This document shows positions 37,290-50,100 of a stretch of DNA of 64,000 bases, one piece after another. Made by a program: the position numbers and the translations under genes. Source of the stretch: Haliotis cracherodii (Eukaryota); contig NW_027266286.1 in the NCBI RefSeq assembly GCF_022045235.1, positions 70,866,001 through 70,930,000 of the forward strand. Direction: 5' to 3'. Every line of letters begins with the position of its first letter. The stretch's first letter is position 1. The notes beneath the pieces are model-generated. The model ran no database searches, was not told the DNA's origin, and was given only the letters and a program-made list of their open reading frames with translations.

Positions 37290-38570
37290 TTCTGGTATAA
37301 ACTGGTTTCTTAGATCACAATAATAAGGGCACACAAAAGTAAAATGAATTAAATTTTATATAGCTGAATGACAGAATGGGCATCACCTCTTCGACTTTTC
37401 TTCCTTCATTTATCATGAGATCTAACAATCCGAGCCCAAATTGAATAAAAAGACGTAGAAGGGTTTCATTCTTTCATTCAGTGCCACCTGACCCCTTTTC
37501 TAAAATATGACAATATTTCTTTTATCATAGTTAACTGATTGATAATTTCCACTCTTTGGTGTAACATTCTAAAATGTTAAGCTGTTTTTGTAGTCAAACA
37601 ACAGAATTTGATACTAAAATGACATCATCGCAAAAAGAAGCAGCAAAATGTCTGTTACATCTAGGAACATGTGAAGACCAAGTTTACCCTTAGCAACAAT
37701 TTCATAATATAATTCATTAATAAAAAATAAGAACAATATCGGGCTGAAGATACATCCTTGTCCTAAGCCAACAGGACAGTCAAAGAAGTACACATGATAT
37801 ATTATTTGAATACATAGCTTTTAATGAAGAGTACATTTCCCCCTGAAGACCAGTAGTCCTTAAACAGTATCATAGTTTATAACGATCAACGGAGTCAAAA
37901 GCTTTTTTAAATCGACAAAGGCTACATACACATTGTGTTTACGACGTGATAGACATTTTTGGATAATTGCATGTAATGTGAATATAATATCTGACGTTGA
38001 GTATTTTTTCTAAAACCAGCTTGAGTTTCGGGAATCTTATCTCGCATGTTTGCCCAATTCGTAATCCTGGAATTAAGTACTGATGTAAAAATCTTTCCAA
38101 GAATACTCATTAAGGATATTCCCCTATAATTGTCAGGATTGTTAAAAAACTCCTTTCGTGTGTATTAGAATAATTACCGAACAAGACCAGCTTCTGGGAA
38201 ATATACCACTGTCAAACATCCTATTGAAACATTTTTGAAGAAAGGCCTCATCTCAAATTTGGTGACAATATGGTCAGGACCATCCATTTTCCACAGTTTA
38301 GATACATTATAGCGTCCAGAATTTCATCCTGTGATAGGTGATTCTAAAATATGTTTGTCAACAACAGTATAACATGAAGAGGAAATATCCATAATATCGT
38401 CAAAACACACATCACTGTCAGTGTTGAAAACAGTGTAATTTGAAAAAAAACCTTTCAAAAAAACGTATATGCCACTGAGCCTTTGAGATACTATCTATTC
38501 TATTTGTCTGCTTCTTAATGAACGTATTTGTTTCCAAAACTAAGGAGAATGGATTGTATCACTCAGTGTT
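37290..38570 (-). mobile_element. Decayed LINE reverse transcriptase fragment (duplicate at ~49260-50560)
   Basis: NYRGISLMSILGKIF, QAGFRK, VAFVDLKKAFD, GQGCILSPILF, LLFADD motifs across frameshifts. Confidence 0.85.
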
Positions 38571-39777
38571 TTAGCCTAAATTTTAAGTCAGATTTATATT
38601 TCCTACAGCAGAATTTGTTATGATTTCACCTTTTGCAGTACATGTTTTTATTAGAGTCAGTACGTCTACATCTAATTGTATAATTGTCGCAATTGTGTGA
38701 GTGACGTTAACGCCGCTTTGAACCACATTATTTTGGTAATATAACAACGAATCAGTTTTATTTTGGAGGAAAGCCCCAAAGTAGCTGAGTGATGAAATGA
38801 AACCAACGAGCACGTCTGTAGTGTTGACAGACAAGAGAACAATAATAAATTAACTAGCTGTTCTCTTCACGGTATAAGCTTTGTGTGTGTGTTGTCTAAC
38901 GCCGCACTCAGTAATAGTCAAGCTATGTGACGGTGGTCTGGAAAAAATCGAGTCTAGACCGAAATTGGGATACGATGACATGCATCGACTAAGTCAGCGG
39001 GCCTGACCACCCGATCCCGTTAGTCGCCTCTTCCGACAGGCATTGTCGCCTCTTACGACAAGCATGAGTTGCTGTCAGCGTACAGGCTGCTTTCAATGGG
39101 GAACTCCCGTGTGCCTGATTAGGATGCCAGTATCTCATGCTTGCAGTGCCTGCAGACTAAAATATGAGCTGGGTTCTTTTAGACTTCCCTCCATGTCGTT
39201 GGTAAGCTGAATTTAGACACTTGTGTTTTGAATAGTTTTCGAGTTGTATAAAGAGGCGACAAAAACCTTTTCGTTATCACACGACATCTCTGCTAAAAAC
39301 GGAGTCCATTGTATGATTCCGACTACCTAGTTCATAAAAAACGTGTTTATGAATCACTGTAAAATTGTGATGAACGGTCACTTTACACAAGCTACAGATG
39401 TTTACTTCTTAAAGCTTAAAAGCAGCCATCAATTCATAAAGGGCTTGGTATTTTTTGTTTTATGTAATAATGTAACAGGACTCTTTACAGAAGTTTATTT
39501 CAATAAATTACCTGTTTTGTGACGATTCCCAAAGGGACACCATGCTCCATTGTCTGTTGCCCATTTTCAATGACTGCAATAATATTTATGTGAGACATTG
39601 ACACATTGTGTCTGTGTAATGAGAATAGCTATTTGTTACTTGACTGATGGAAATAATAAAAAAAAATGTGCAGATGGGTATTGCATATTGCTCTAATGCA
39701 ATTCGGCCCAAATCTATACTCTCGTTAGGTTCAACGAACTACCTGGAAAGAATTGACAGCGAAACATGTTATCCACA

Positions 39778-40042
39778 TGTGCGTATGTGTGTGCGTATGT
39801 GTATGTGTATGTGTACGTGAATGCGTATGTCTATGCGTATGTGAATGGGTATGTGTATACGTATGTGTATGTGTATGACTATGTGAATGGGTATGTGTAT
39901 GCTAATGTGTACGTGAATGCGTATGTGTATGCGTATGTGTATGTGAATGTGTATGGGTAAACATATGTGTATGTGTATGCATATGTGTATGTGTATGTGT
40001 ATGTGTATGCGTATGTGTATTCGTATGTGTATGTGTATGCGT
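39778..40042. repeat. (TATGTG)n-type microsatellite (duplicate 51710-51932)
   Basis: Hexamer-periodic TG/TA-rich tract. Confidence 0.9.
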
Positions 40043-40419
40043 GGGCTTCGGGAAGAACTGTGTCATTCTATGTTCTCTTGTGTCGAGTGATTCAATTTAA
40101 TGCATAATATCATCATACTCTTTGAACTGATAGTTGTGAACACTTTGTAATTCTTGAACTTGATGTGTTGTTGTAAGAGATTTCGCTACATGTTTGGTAT
40201 AACTTTGATACAGGGTTCTAAAATAGCTCACCCATAATATAGATTACAAGGGGGATTTATATGTCTTATTTTCATGGTTATACCCATATTATGATTATCA
40301 AGGTAATATGTGAGGTAATCAGTCAACTGCCAGTTACCAGTGAGTTAAATGACCCACTACATGCCAGAACGAGTGATGCATGTCAACGTATCCCTTTTGC
40401 GTAGTCCCACAACTCTCGC

Positions 40420-41010
40420 TGATACAGAGATATAGCACAACAAGGAAACGTTGTATTATCTTTAGCTAGCATCCCAATGGGCACCAACTGTGCTCCCCTT
40501 CTGCTGGCCTGTTTCTTTATGCACATGAGTCGGGATTTCTGCTCAGATTGGCAAAAGTCAAAACAAGATAATTTGGCCAAGATGTTTAACCTAGGCTTAC
40601 CGATGGTCTGATATCGTTCAATAACTATCAAATAGCCAATTCACTTCCTCTGACGTACCCACCTGAACTACAAAATTAGGAGACCAGTGAGACCGCCTCA
40701 TCTGTTTCATGTTTAAATCTATGGACAAAGAATCAGAGTGACGAAACACTCTCCACAAGACTGTATGACAAGAGGGATGACATCATTTTTCCAAAAGTCA
40801 ACTTTCCATTCATGTCAAGGAGCTCCTCCCTTTAGTGTCCACAATTCACAACTTTTGAGATACAATCGAGCATACCAAGATTACAAACATCATCGTGCGA
40901 CTCTTGCTCCGAGGTTGTTTGATCATGCTTACAAAGGTTTATGGTAGACATGAGGAGGAAATCTCCAAATGTGACGCATCGGCGACAAAAATATGACGTC
41001 CGATGCTTTT
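40420..41010 (+). mobile_element. Penelope-like RT fragment (duplicate ~52320-52950)
   Basis: IPMGTNCAPLL, IDDL, YPPEL, YDKRDD, SQLLRYNRA motifs. Related 3' fragments near 28640-28980, 35830-36340, 47800-48300, 57470-57650. Confidence 0.65.
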
Positions 41011-41137
41011 ATTTATTGTGAACAGGGATGTTGGTGGATGTCAATGTTCACTGAGGCCATGTGACGTAACATGGAAAGTCTCCTTTCGGTTTGTTTTATA
41101 TTGTATAAACCATTTACAATAAAAAACACCGAAAAAG

Positions 41138-41226
41138 AGTGTGTGAGTAAATATGGTTTTACGCCGCTTTTAGCACTATTCTAGCCATATCACGGCGGGG
41201 GACCCTAGAAATGGGCTTCACACATT
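41138..41226 (-). mobile_element. SINE family 1, 5'-truncated (duplicate at 53126-53216; fragment at 32748-32803)
   Basis: 3' half only. Confidence 0.75.
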
Positions 41227-41589
41227 ACACTATAAAGGAAAATTCACAAGTATTATTCAGAGAGATTTATTATTACACAAAGTTGGCAACACAAAAAAAC
41301 AAAACGTTATGTACAATATAAACAAACTATTTACATGTGCGAGCATGATATATATTTACAAATGATAATATATAATGGTAAAACAAATAATGTCACAAAT
41401 ACTTCAAAATCAATACGATTAAAAGTATTTTTGTAAGGTCGAAATAAACCAAGTTCACAAAACATTGTCCTTCTTGTTCTCAAGTGTTCCTCATATAAAC
41501 AAATAAATGTTTGTATTTGGCGTGACGTTGAGTCCCACTATTACACATGCGTAAAAGTACGACTTCGCAGAGGGAGTGTAAACCATGGT

Positions 41590-43902
41590 TTACACAAGCT
41601 GATACTTGAGACATTCGTATTTCTTACAGCTGCATCCGGTGGGGATGGTGACGCGGGTTCTGCGGCACTGCTTGATCTCGCCGGGACAGAAGACGTAGAT
41701 ATCACGTTCAACCATGCCGTCGGGGACGCAGTAGTGGTGTTTCACCTCCGTGGTGTCCATGACGCAGTGACCTCTGGAGAAAAGAGATGATGGTGAATAT
41801 TGTGTAATAATACTTTCTTGTACAAGCCTCAAATGTAATATCGACGTGTACATAATAAAAAGCCCTTTTAACATTTTTGAATTGTGCGACTCAGAATCAG
41901 ACCAAACTAAAATTGAAGACGTATGTTGCGCATATTGTTTATTAATACCTGTTATTCCCAAAATTAGAAACATAAGACCCATGTTACTTACAAACCCCAA
42001 ACCACCATGAACTTGAAGGAAATCGTTTATCATGAATACTAGCATATGAAAGCTGGACATGTTTGGTCAAGCTAATTGTGTGACGTACCCGCATTGAGCG
42101 ACTTCAACTCCCTGGGCTTCAGGCATGATGACGTAGCAGACCTCTCGGCGCCCGTTCTGGGTGTTGGTCCACCAGATTCTCTCCAGGAGCTCGGTGTTCT
42201 CGGAACACAGATCCTTGTATCGGTAGGCGGGGTAGTGGCTGGAATATACCACAAGCATGGTTTAAACAGCTATAGTGCAATAATTATAGCATTGCGTTCT
42301 TGAAGATATGTCTGTGCGGCTGGAGTTTAACGCCGCGTTTCAGCAATAGTCCAACCTACGGTGGAGTGAACCAGGCATGGGATTGACACAGTCGAACTTG
42401 GTTTCTGAGAGTGAGTGAACGTTTAACAACAAGTCTACTCCATCGCCCTTTATACAATTGAGTCATGTGAAACATGGAGATGACATCACTGATCCGTTTG
42501 TCTCGTCATAAACAAGGTAAAAGACTGTTTTACATAGGTAAATTAATTGTTTTATGTAATAATGACATCTGGTGGTATGACACATGTGATAGTACTCGAG
42601 TGATTTAGTAGGCCACAAGATCAAATTGAGTTGGGTGAGTCAGTGCGCTAGTTTGGGAAAGCCACAGGTAACCTTCTAACACGTGTAACAGTGACCTCCA
42701 CATATTGAGTGAGTCAGTTGCCTATTGAATAGTATTTCAGATATATTGCGACGGGACAGCTTAATGTGGGAGGGTAGCTCAAAGTGACGATGAAAGGGTG
42801 ATGACTAGTAGCTAGGGTGGATCATCTGTACCTACCCGGTGGAGTTCATCTTGTTGTGGAGGTAGCATCCCTGCACCAGCAGCATGTACTCCATTGCGTC
42901 GGGATCCTGTTCCAGGGCGCTGAACACACGGTCACTGGAACAACCACGTTAACATTATTGTCAGCCTTCTCATACACTATGGTGTACAGACAACAGTAAA
43001 AACTTACAGTGTGAACACATGGTCATTGGAACAACTAATAACGCATCTTTGCAATTTTTAAAATTACAAAAGACACGGGGGACAGAACCCGAGCCATACA
43101 GATCTGACAAACGATGACATTTACAACTTGGCCATCCCGCCTTACTGCCTGAACTAATTTACCACATAAATGAAAATAAAGCATACTTCGGATATATATA
43201 AATAATATAAAATAATTATTTTCCTGTTTGTTGTTTTCCTCAAATATTTATGCATACATTTTAAGGGAAAGACAACATCAAAGCATATTTCTAGATAAAA
43301 TACATACACAGGGTATTTGTAGGACTTGTCGAAGCATAGCTTTTCCTTGGTAGGCCATTCGTACTGGGGGACGCCATTCTTGTCAAAGTAGCAGATTGGC
43401 TGTTTGGTTTTGGCGGAGAGGGCGCTGAAGATGCTGGAACCGTCACGGACGCGGGCACCAAACAAGGAAGACTTTCTGGATTTCAGGAGGCTAGCGAATC
43501 GGCTGGAGGTTGAGCCTCCCAGAGAACGCCCTCCGACAGGGGGTCGATTCCACGCCAAGGTGACGGCGGTGAGGGACACGAGAACGCATAATGTCACAAG
43601 AACTCTCTGGAAGAAATGAGAGACAGGGGTTGTCAGGAAATCGTAGAAACTGGATGATAATTGTTCATTGTCTATTGTATATTAATGCTGTTGAATTTAC
43701 GACTTCTACAACTACTACTGTTACTACTGGTGCAGCTGCTGCAACTATTATTACTACTCTCAATTTTGCATACATCTGCGAACGGCGCTTAAAACAACTG
43801 TTAGATAGGATATATACATCATTTAAACTACTCTGCACATAAATAAACTGTATATCAAGACATTATCATCGTACACAGTTAGCAAAATATTCTACTTACC
43901 AT
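41590..43902 (-). CDS. Secreted Spaetzle/NGF-like cystine-knot protein, type B, copy B1 (244 aa)
   Basis: Exons 43902-43900 (ATG|GTAAGT), 43606-43308, 42934-42836, 42238-42089, 41773-41590; in frame. Signal peptide MRVLVTLCVLVSLTAVTLA, basic Ser/Arg/Gly-rich region, DLC..EVC..QGVEVAQC..GHC..YC..VFC..TIPTGCSC; minus-strand AATAAA near 41271. Confidence 0.85.
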
Positions 43903-44487
43903 ATTTACACACAAAGGACCAATCTATGTTTAAATAGTTACTGTAGCTGTGTACAGCGATGGCTGACTTGCTTGGGCCTTTCGCTCGCTTTTATTCCCTC
44001 TCACCTCGGAAGGAGGAGCACATTTCAGCCAATCAGAAGTGGCGTTTTTGATTGAATGACCCTGACGTCACGGCAACACTTCTTCCTGAAAACAATGGCG
44101 GCAGTGGATGATGTACCTACGTCACAGATCATAACAAGGAGATTTAAAGATAACAACCTCTCTCTTATACATTCATGGTGTTCCAGGGCCACTTAAGCCT
44201 CTTGCCCATCAATCAGAATGACAGAGTGAGAGAACGTGACAATATATATATACATACAGATGACGCCAGTTATAACTAGATACATATAAATGACGACAGT
44301 TGTGACAAGATTGACGTTGTACAACAATTTATTAAGAGATAAAAATTGACGTCACAGAATTTGAAGGACAACTGTCACGTGACAAGAGAGACAGGGCACG
44401 AGTCGAGAGTATATAAGAAGACATTGGCCCAGTCTGAGCCAGCGACTGTGAACACCTCACGAACCGAGCTTCACACATCATCCTACC
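43903..44487. promoter_or_regulatory. Bidirectional promoter between B1 and A2
   Basis: 585 bp between ATGs. TATATAA 44410 (+); AATAAAAG TATA-like near 43990 (-); CCAAT near 44029; CRE palindromes TGACGTCA at 44063 and 44347; YY1-like AATGGCGGC near 44094; E-box palindrome TGTCACGTGACA 44373-44384. Confidence 0.7.
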
Positions 44488-47135
44488 ATGGGAAAGGTAT
44501 ATATCTATATCTGATTTATTTCTTAGAAATGGTTTATATGTTGAAATATATTTAAAAATGAATTGATTGAAAGCATTTAGCTGTGTATAAAGTTGTATAC
44601 TGCTTATTGAAATGAATATGGTTAGCCTTTATCTTCTTTTTTTTTACGAAAATGGTGTCCACAATACATTTTTGTATTTTTAATGTGTGAACTTCGACCG
44701 TTACGTTAATGGTAGAATTTTCCGTTTTGTGGTGCTATTGTGACAAACACATATTTAGGTAATCTTCAGAGCTAATGTTCCGTAGGTAGTAATACTCAAT
44801 ATTTAAGATTTTTGTTCAACTGTTCCGTTTATTCTAGAACCTTATGGATCATAAAAACACCAGAGAAATTGAATTGTTCTTTCATTACCCCTTTATACTC
44901 AAACATAACCAATTACAAGATGTGATCTTTGTTTTCCAGTTCATCTACTATATCGCGGCGTTAGTCGGCCTCGTCGCCATGACGACGGCCCTCCCCCATC
45001 TCCCCACTCCCGCCTGCTATTCCCAGCAACTTCTGTCGGACCAGAGCTTTGACCTCAGCTTTGTCTGCAACGACGGAAGACAATATCCCGAGTAAGTACA
45101 TTGAGCTACTTCGGAAACAATGTACAGGGCAGGTTGTTTGTGTTTCGTTTGAAAAGTCTTCTTAAGTTTGCCGTTTGCTGTATGAAGTTTCACAAATATA
45201 TAAAATCAAAGTAAAATGAGTCATAAATGAATTGTATTTAAGTCGAACTGTCTTTGAATGACACACCATGTACCTTTAAGTCGAATTAATGACATGCGTT
45301 GATGTTATAAGAGTTTTTGCAGCGTTAAGTCGAAATGTCTGACATATTCACTTTGGACTATATAACATGCACCTCTAAGTGGCATAACCGACATGCGTTG
45401 GTGTACCGTTAAGTCGAACTATCTGACATTTTACTTTGTCACCAGACAGGAGATCGAGGAGGCTCTGTACTACGCCGACGACCACTGGCGTATCTACCTC
45501 AACCTGACATCCACCTGCTTCCAGGACCAGGACACCTACTTCTTGAACAAACAGTAAGTGACAAATCCGGAATAACGAATCTGGAATAGGGAGTAATGTC
45601 CCTATAGTTCATTTAATCGTCCACGATAAGCACGTCTTGAAAACTGGTTCACCATCCACTATCAATGACTTTCATTCGGAATGATTCATGAGAAACATAC
45701 TGATAAAATGTAGAAAAAGAACATTAAAATATTGTGGTCTAATGTTCATTGCTCTATACAGTGAAAAGCTCCATGTTAACCAAATAACGTTACTGTTAAA
45801 TGTTGTACGTTGTGTATTTAGTTCAATGCTTGTTTTCCTGGTATCCATACGAATTATCATGCCAGATATTCACTTTTAGCCATTCCCGTAGTTCTTTCCA
45901 TAAGTATATTTGAGACCATGACATGTACAAATGAATTGCTGATGTTGGCCAATGTTACATTATTTAACATATATTGGCAAAAAGTACATTATTCAACATA
46001 TACTGGCGAATGTTACATTATTCAACATATATTGGCGAACGTTACATTATTCAACATATATTGGCAAACGTTACATTATTTAACATATATTGGCAAAAAG
46101 TACATTATTCAACATATATTGGAGAATGTTACATTATTCAACATATATTTGCGAACGTTACATTATTCAACATATATTGGCAAACGTTACATTATTCAAC
46201 ATATATTTGCGAATGTTATATTATTCAACATATATTGGCGAATGTTACATTATTTACATATATTCTGGAAACGTTATTTATTTGACCTTGACCTTGCAGC
46301 TCTGAGCCCAACTACTACAAGTTGAAGAGCGTGTGCAACACCACTCGTACCATGGTGCACACCATCTATGCCAGGGACGGTCAAGTCTGCCACGTTGTCC
46401 GCCCTATGTCCCAGAAAGTCTTCTACGCCACATGCGGGTAGGTACACAGCTATGTTATTTTTAGAAAGTTCCTATATGTTTCTACAACTCATAAAGATGT
46501 AATAATGAAGACTAAAATTCTAAAACATGCAGACGCCAACAAAATCAAACAAATAATTCTTGGAGTAGTTTGAAATTGTTTTATAAATTTTAGTATTCAA
46601 AGGAAGCTTAAGCGAATCAAAACCCCTTGCGTATATTGTCCACATTCATATATACACACTTATTGTATAAAAATAAAGGTATAAAGGATAAAAACCTTTT
46701 TGCGAAATAAAGGATTATCAACAGGGCAATAATGATAACAATCTACATATCGATACTTAATGACTTAAATATTACTTATTTACGTTATTAAATATGTATT
46801 GTTTGTTTTACAGAGGAGAATGTAACCTTGGTTACGACGGCGTGACCGGCTACCACTGCATTCAACGCGGCATCACCTACCGCAACTTCCTCGGTTACTG
46901 CCGTTTCCCCGACCCCGCAACCTTCCCAGAATCTTCCCCCATCTACGCTCTTGACCCCTCCATCGACAACTTCTATGACCCCCGTGTTGCCCCACCAACC
47001 CACCGCATGCAGCACAACCCCCTCCAGAGCGGGGGCCACTACAAACCCAAGGGCTACTTCACGGAGTTGAGCGTTACCCTCCCCAGCTACTGCGGCTGCA
47101 GGGGATATTTCTGCCCCCACGACAGGATTGTTTAG
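44488..47135 (+). CDS. Secreted cystine-knot protein, type A, copy A2 (242 aa; mosaic of A3 and A1)
   Basis: Exons 44488-44496, 44940-45091, 45446-45553, 46300-46437, 46814-47135; intact frame; TATA at 44410. Confidence 0.85.
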
Positions 47136-50100
47136 ATGATGACTACGTTCTTTAAGGCACTGGTACGATTTGAACCTGGACTAGTGGACCAATGGACCAA
47201 AGTAAAACCAATTTTTTATACAAACATTTCATTTTTGATAAATGAAAACTATTTTTTATGAACCAAAATACTTTACGATATTTTAGCAATCTTTTCAACA
47301 AATTGGAAATTGCAAGTGTTATTTTGTTCACAGGTCACTGTTTTCAAATTATGCTTCTGTTAAACTTATAATTTTTTTTTGCTCTTTTATACCACAATGT
47401 GATCTCGGTCTTAAGTTGGCAAATATGTTAATTGTAAATATTTTGCGAATTCCATGTAAATACATCCTACAGGATGTTGTGAATATGTATTTATATGTTC
47501 CATCTTTGTACAGTATAAACTGACATCACCATTACTTGTGCGCGCATGTATAATATGTACAGATAATAATATGTGAAAATAAAAGCAACATGAAAATATG
47601 TACTGTTTCTGTTTTGATGATTATTGCTTATTTTGGCCAATGAAACATAAACATGAATATAGCTGCCTGATTTCACATTGGTCGAAGACACAGATGGCAT
47701 AATTAGAACTAACGTGAAACTCCTTCAATAGGGACCCGGTATTCCGGAATCACACTCCTTCTTCCGATCACTGTTGTGAGTGAACGTACGCACATACAAA
47801 TGCTCTTCATACAATATGACAAGAGGGATGACTTAAAATTCCAAAAGTCAAATTTCAATTTGTGTCAAACGATATTCCTGCTCCAGCCTTTGGTGTCTGC
47901 AATTCACAACTTTTTTCGTTATAATCGAGCAGGTTCTTGCCACGAACATTTTAAACAGCGTCACACGTCTCCATACTCCATACAGCTGTCTGATCATGGT
48001 TACATCATTCAAAACCTCTGCAAAGCATTCAAAACGTTTTATATCAGATATGTGGAGGAACTTTACCAATTTGAAGCACCAGTGACAAAAATGATGTCCG
48101 ATGCATTTCCCTGTTTTGACTTGAAACCATATGCTCCGTGTTTTTTGTTCAGGTGAACCGTTAACTTGCCTTTGCATGTGTTTATGACGCATGCCAGCGT
48201 TTTGGCAAGATACGCTCACCTTTTCCCGAACGCCTGATATCGTTACTATTTGATTCATAAACACATGCTTTTGATGCAGTCGGGACCGTACAAAAGGACT
48301 CACCTTTTAGTAAGGATTTATGTTTTTGTAAGTATTTGATAATACATTAAATCGGACAATTGTTAATCCAGGTGATGGTACAGATAATCTTACTGTCCAG
48401 ATTAACGGTGTCGTTGGACATAAAAAGATATTTACGATTGACAAAAATCTAACTGATTTATTAAAATAGATCAACTCTGTAAAGACACGAATATTTTACC
48501 AACAATAACCAACTAACAGTTCCCTGTAAATATGCCAATCTAGAACACCTGAATTACACCAGTGGTAATGGTTCCGATATGATGGTGCTCTCAGATTGTA
48601 ATTTTTCTTCTTTTCGTTATGAAATAATCCCCCACGTCGCTTGCAGCCCCTGCTTCCACGTCTATAAGTTCATGATAAAACAAAGACGATATCCTTACAG
48701 ACATTGTAGGGACTGCCTCCGTGGTCTGGTAGTAGAGCGTCCGCCCGGAGAGCGGAAGGTCCGGGGTTCGATCCCCGACCGCGTCAAACCAAAAGACGTT
48801 AAAAGATGGTACTTGTTGTTAAGTTGTCTGGCGCTCGGCATTAAGGCGCTAAAACAAGGACTGGTCGGCTTGGAGTCAAAAGTGTCTGCACTATAAAACG
48901 GTCTCAGCCCGGACTAGTATAAACAGTCACACACACGTGCATGCACGTCGCTATATAAGTGCAATAATTTTGGACGTGACGGCAAACCACATTTCACCTC
49001 ACCCACCTCCAGACATTGTATCCATCGGACTCAAAGTCAAAGGTATTTATTGTATGTAAGGCCCCCGGCCCATATACAAAAGGGTTACAAATAAGTAGTT
49101 TTTACATATTTGGATATATACTCATGTTTAACAATTTGTTTCTGAGGCAAATTGCATTTTTAACATATACAACCTATTTTAATATGACAGCATCTTCTTT
49201 TGAAAAAAAGAAGAGAAAAAACAGGTGCTGGATAATTTGACAGATAGCGTTCTGGTATTAACTGGTTTCTTAGATCACAATAATAAGGGCACACAAAAGT
49301 AAAATGAATTAAATTTGATATAGTTGAATGACATAATGGGCATCACCTCTTCGACTTTTCTTCCTTCATTTATCATGAGATCTAACAATCCGAGCCCAAA
49401 TTGAATAAAAAGATGTCGAAGGGTTTCATTCTTTCATTCAGTGCCACCTGACCCCTCTTCTAAAATATGACAATATTTCTTTTATCATAGTTAACTGATT
49501 GATAATTTCCACTCTTTGGTGTAACATTCTAAAATGTTAAGCTGTTTTTGTAGTCAAACAACAGAATTTGATACTAAAATGACATCATCGGCAAAAAGAA
49601 GCAGCAAAATGTCTGTTACATCTAGGAACATGTGAAGACCAAGTTTACCCTTAGCCACAATTTCATAATATAATTCATTAATAAAAAATAAGAACAATAT
49701 CGGGCTCAAGATACATCCTTGTCCTAAGCCAACAGGACAGTCAAAGAAGTACACATGATATACTTAGTATTATTTGAATACATAGCTTTTAATAAAGAGT
49801 ACATTTCCCCCTGAAGACCAGTAGTTCTTAAACAGTACCATAGTTTATAACGATCAACGGAGTCAAAAGCTTTTTTAAATCGACAAAGGCTACATACACT
49901 TTGTGTTTACGACGTGATAGACATTTTTGGATAATTGCATGTAATGTGAATATAATATCTGACGTTGAGTATTTTTTTCTAAAACCAGCTCTAGTTTCGG
50001 GAATCTTATCACGCTCGCATGTTAGCCCAATTCGTAATCCTGGAACTAAGTACTGATGTAAAAATCTGTCCAAGAATACTCATTAAGGATATTCCCCTAT

